A stretch of 64,000 nucleotides of DNA. Origin: Eledone cirrhosa (Eukaryota). Each line of letters starts with the position of its first letter. Position 1 is the stretch's first letter. Location: the NCBI GenBank assembly GCA_964016885.1, contig OZ024758.1, positions 10,106,001 to 10,170,000 of the forward strand. The letters run 5' to 3'. The position numbers and the translations under genes are program-made. Below are positions 61,146 to 64,000 of this stretch, in pieces. The notes below the pieces were generated by a model, which searched no databases, was not told the DNA's origin, and worked only from the letters and a program-made list of their open reading frames with translations.

Positions 61146-61744
61146 CCAGCCACCCCACTTCTGTGCGCAGCCCTAACATGGTTAGGGTTATTGCTGTTTA
61201 CACGGTTGTTGCAATTCTTATTTGTTGTGCTCATAAATTTGGCATTTATATATACTGGTTCGATGCCCTTCCTAACACCAGCACCACTTTATAGCATGGA
61301 CTGGGTGCCACCAGCATTAGAGAGGTTGTCTTACTGGACTCAGGGGCCCTCTCCATCCTTCCATTTTACAGCATGGACTGAGTGCTTTTATTTGTGCCAC
61401 CAGCGCTAGGGAAGTTGTCTTACTGGACTCCGCAGCCCCCAACCCCTCCATTTTTCAGCATGGACTGAGTGCTTTTATTCGTGCCACCAGCACTAGAGAG
61501 GTTGTCTTACTTGACTCAGGGCCCTCTTTACCCCTCCATTTTACACACACATATATACACACACATCCATACATATACACATATACATATATATATACAC
61601 ACACATATATACACACACACACATATGCATATACACGCACATATATATACACATATACGTACATATAATCACAAACATATATAAACATATACACATGCAC
61701 GGACGCATATAAATACACACGCATGCAATGCAAGTACGTTATAC

Positions 61745-61958
61745 ATGAGGAGATTAATCTCGTCTGCATATGAAGCTGCACAAGTTGGCTCAAATTATAA
61801 TAGAATAGAAATAGGATTTAGCTTCAAGCATAGCTTTAATAGATATGTATAGAAATTTCGTATTTCTAAAGAAACTTGAAGCTAAATCCTATTTCTATTC
61901 TATTATAAGTTGAGCCAACCTATGCAGATTCATATGCAAATGAGATTAATCACCTCAT
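61745..61958. repeat. 84-bp inverted repeat with 46-bp spacer
   Basis: Arms 61745-61828 and 61875-61958; inner ~34 bp pair perfectly. Confidence 0.9.
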
Positions 61959-62235
61959 TTAAATAGTCGAGAAAATTATATATTCTTGACTGTTCACAAG
62001 TCCAGCAGTTGGAGGTGTGGGAGGGACCGTCCTGATAAAGACCAGTCAATTCTGAAATGCATAGATGTTTGTCCCCCTTGCTTTTGCTGGACACCACCAG
62101 AGGGCGTTAGCGCCAGTGTTTGCATAGCTACGGCTTCCTAAATGTTTCCGGTAAACATACCGTGTTTCTTTAGAAATACGAAATTTCCATATATATACAT
62201 ATATATATATATATATATTATATACATAATCCACT

Positions 62236-62465
62236 CAGATGGTGGATGGGTGCTCCACGAGAAAGCTGAGGATGGCTCTGAACATTAATAAGTATACACT
62301 GAGGATGAAAAACACAGAGCTGTATGGGAGCCTCCCAAAAGTCAGCTCAGAAGTGACACAAAGGAGACTGAGGTTAGCTGAACATGCTCACCGACAGCCA
62401 GAGTTGACATTGCACTCAGTGCTCCTGTGGCAGCCCCTACATGGACACACTGGAAGAGGAAGACA
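62236..62465 (+). mobile_element. RTE/RTE-X LINE C-terminal fragment
   Basis: DGCSTRKLRMALNI...NTELYGSLPKVS...RRLRLAEHAHR...LLWQPLHGHTGRGR. Confidence 0.8.
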
Positions 62466-62771
62466 GATTCTGTTTCACACTGTTGGTGTTCCTCAGAGCA
62501 ACGTACTCGCCGCCTCTGCCGAAAATTATAGAGGCTGGATCCTTATAGAATTCCAGTAATAATCAGGAACTGATTATACAGAGCTATTGCCGGTCCAGCA
62601 AAAATTAAAAATTAGGATTGGTGCTCTGAAATAGCGAAAATTATAGAGGCTGGATTCTTATAGAATTCAAAATGTTTTTAATTAAACATACGGTATATTG
62701 CCAAATATACTATACATACATTCATGTATACATCGCTATTTCAGAGCACCAATCCTAATATTTAATTTTTC

Positions 62772-62905
62772 TGTAGGCAACCAGTCTTTAACTCTTCTGT
62801 AATGGCCTGGAGAACTATAATAACAGGAGAGGACCGAAGACTGAGCCTTGATGTATACCTACTTGCTTATTAAATTCTTCACTGAACTCATTGCCAACTC
62901 TCACT
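62772..62905 (-). mobile_element. RTE LINE RT fragment
   Basis: RVGNEFSEEFNKQVGIHQGSV..IVLQAITEELKTGC. Confidence 0.75.
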
Positions 62906-63171
62906 ATGACTAAAAGTCTAAAGTCTGTCTTGAGCCCAGTCCTGTGGTGTGAAGTGAGTGAGAGTACAAGACAGAACACCAGTCCATTACAAGGTTAAAC
63001 CCCCAGCTATTGCTGGTACTCATTTTAAGCTGAGTATACTGGAGCTATGTGAAATTAAGTGTTTTGCTCAAGAACACAACACACAGCCTGTGAAGAATTG
63101 GCTGATTATTATGATCATAAATCCAACACCCTTACCACTAGGCCACAAACCTCCTCTATGATCAGACAAAA

Positions 63172-64000
63172 GAATGTGGTACCCTGTCAAAGGTCTTCTC
63201 CAAATTCTTGAATGCTAGATATGGTGTCTTGTTCTTAGCTAATATCTTCTCTTGCAGCTGTCTCACTCTAAAAAAAGCACTGGTAGGACCTCAGCCTACC
63301 ACAAATCTAAACTACATTCCATTTAACCTTTTTGATACAAAACCTCCACTGGTTTTATGATATAAAACTTTATTTCAAAGTGCTTATATTTATCAACACC
63401 TTCCATCATAATTTCATAAAACCCTTCAAGATATGTTCCAAACACCAGATAAATAATTAGTTATATTAAAAAAATCATTCCAAATTTTTGAATATTTAAA
63501 AAATAATTTGAAAATCATAGGTAGAAATATGGTTACAAATGAGTTAAGCTAATTTCTCTTTCATAATTTGATCAATCAGTTTGATACCTCTATAGTTGCT
63601 TCTTTCTAGAAATCTCTAATGCCCTTGAAACAGTTAATGTTGATAAGGCTACACTCACCATTGGGTATGACACCTTCTTCAACTACCTGGTTAACTTTGC
63701 AAGTGACTAGCTTGAGCTTTATTTCTGCAACTCAGTAACTATCTTTGCTGAGCCTTCATAACCTTAATGGCCATTTGAACCATATAACAGTCAAACTTAA
63801 TAGCTGGTTCATCTGCTGGGGCTACTTTGTTCCTCCCACATTCAGCATTCAAATTAACTTTAACAAGCATCTTTCTTCTTTTCTGTGAGATGTATATACC
63901 CTCCTGGCGTTCTTATAAACCAGATCTGTATTGTTCGGTCAAGAGACAAATGGACATTCCCTGAAAATCACCACCATTGCTCATGTTTTTAGACTACAAT
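63172..64000 (-). mobile_element. decayed RTE LINE RT region, interrupted by a TTAA-flanked MITE at ~63324-63547
   Basis: VRQLQEKILAKNKTPYLAFKNLEKTFDRVP and LERSNYRGIKLID motifs. Confidence 0.7.

Overview
AT-rich, repeat-dense eukaryotic DNA. The repeat landscape (tRNA/CORE SINEs with RTE-type tails, mariner and piggyBac MITEs, dense microsatellites) suggests a coleoid cephalopod, probably an octopus; this is inference, not a database result. The dominant feature is a head-to-tail pair of full-length, nearly identical ~5.6-kb L1/Tx1-clade non-LTR retrotransposons on the minus strand (36356-41972 and 42184-47795). Each has a CCHC ORF1 and an APE-RT-zinc-finger ORF2. Both sit inside one compound GACA/GGCA satellite (35400-48182), at the same motif, with no poly(A) tail, which points to a satellite-targeting Tx1 family. 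The rest is decayed transposons (CR1, RTE, hAT/Buster, DD37D maT, Penelope-like ends with hammerhead-like cores), SINEs, MITEs, minisatellites, several hairpins and a few weak host exon/promoter candidates. No host protein-coding gene could be identified with confidence.
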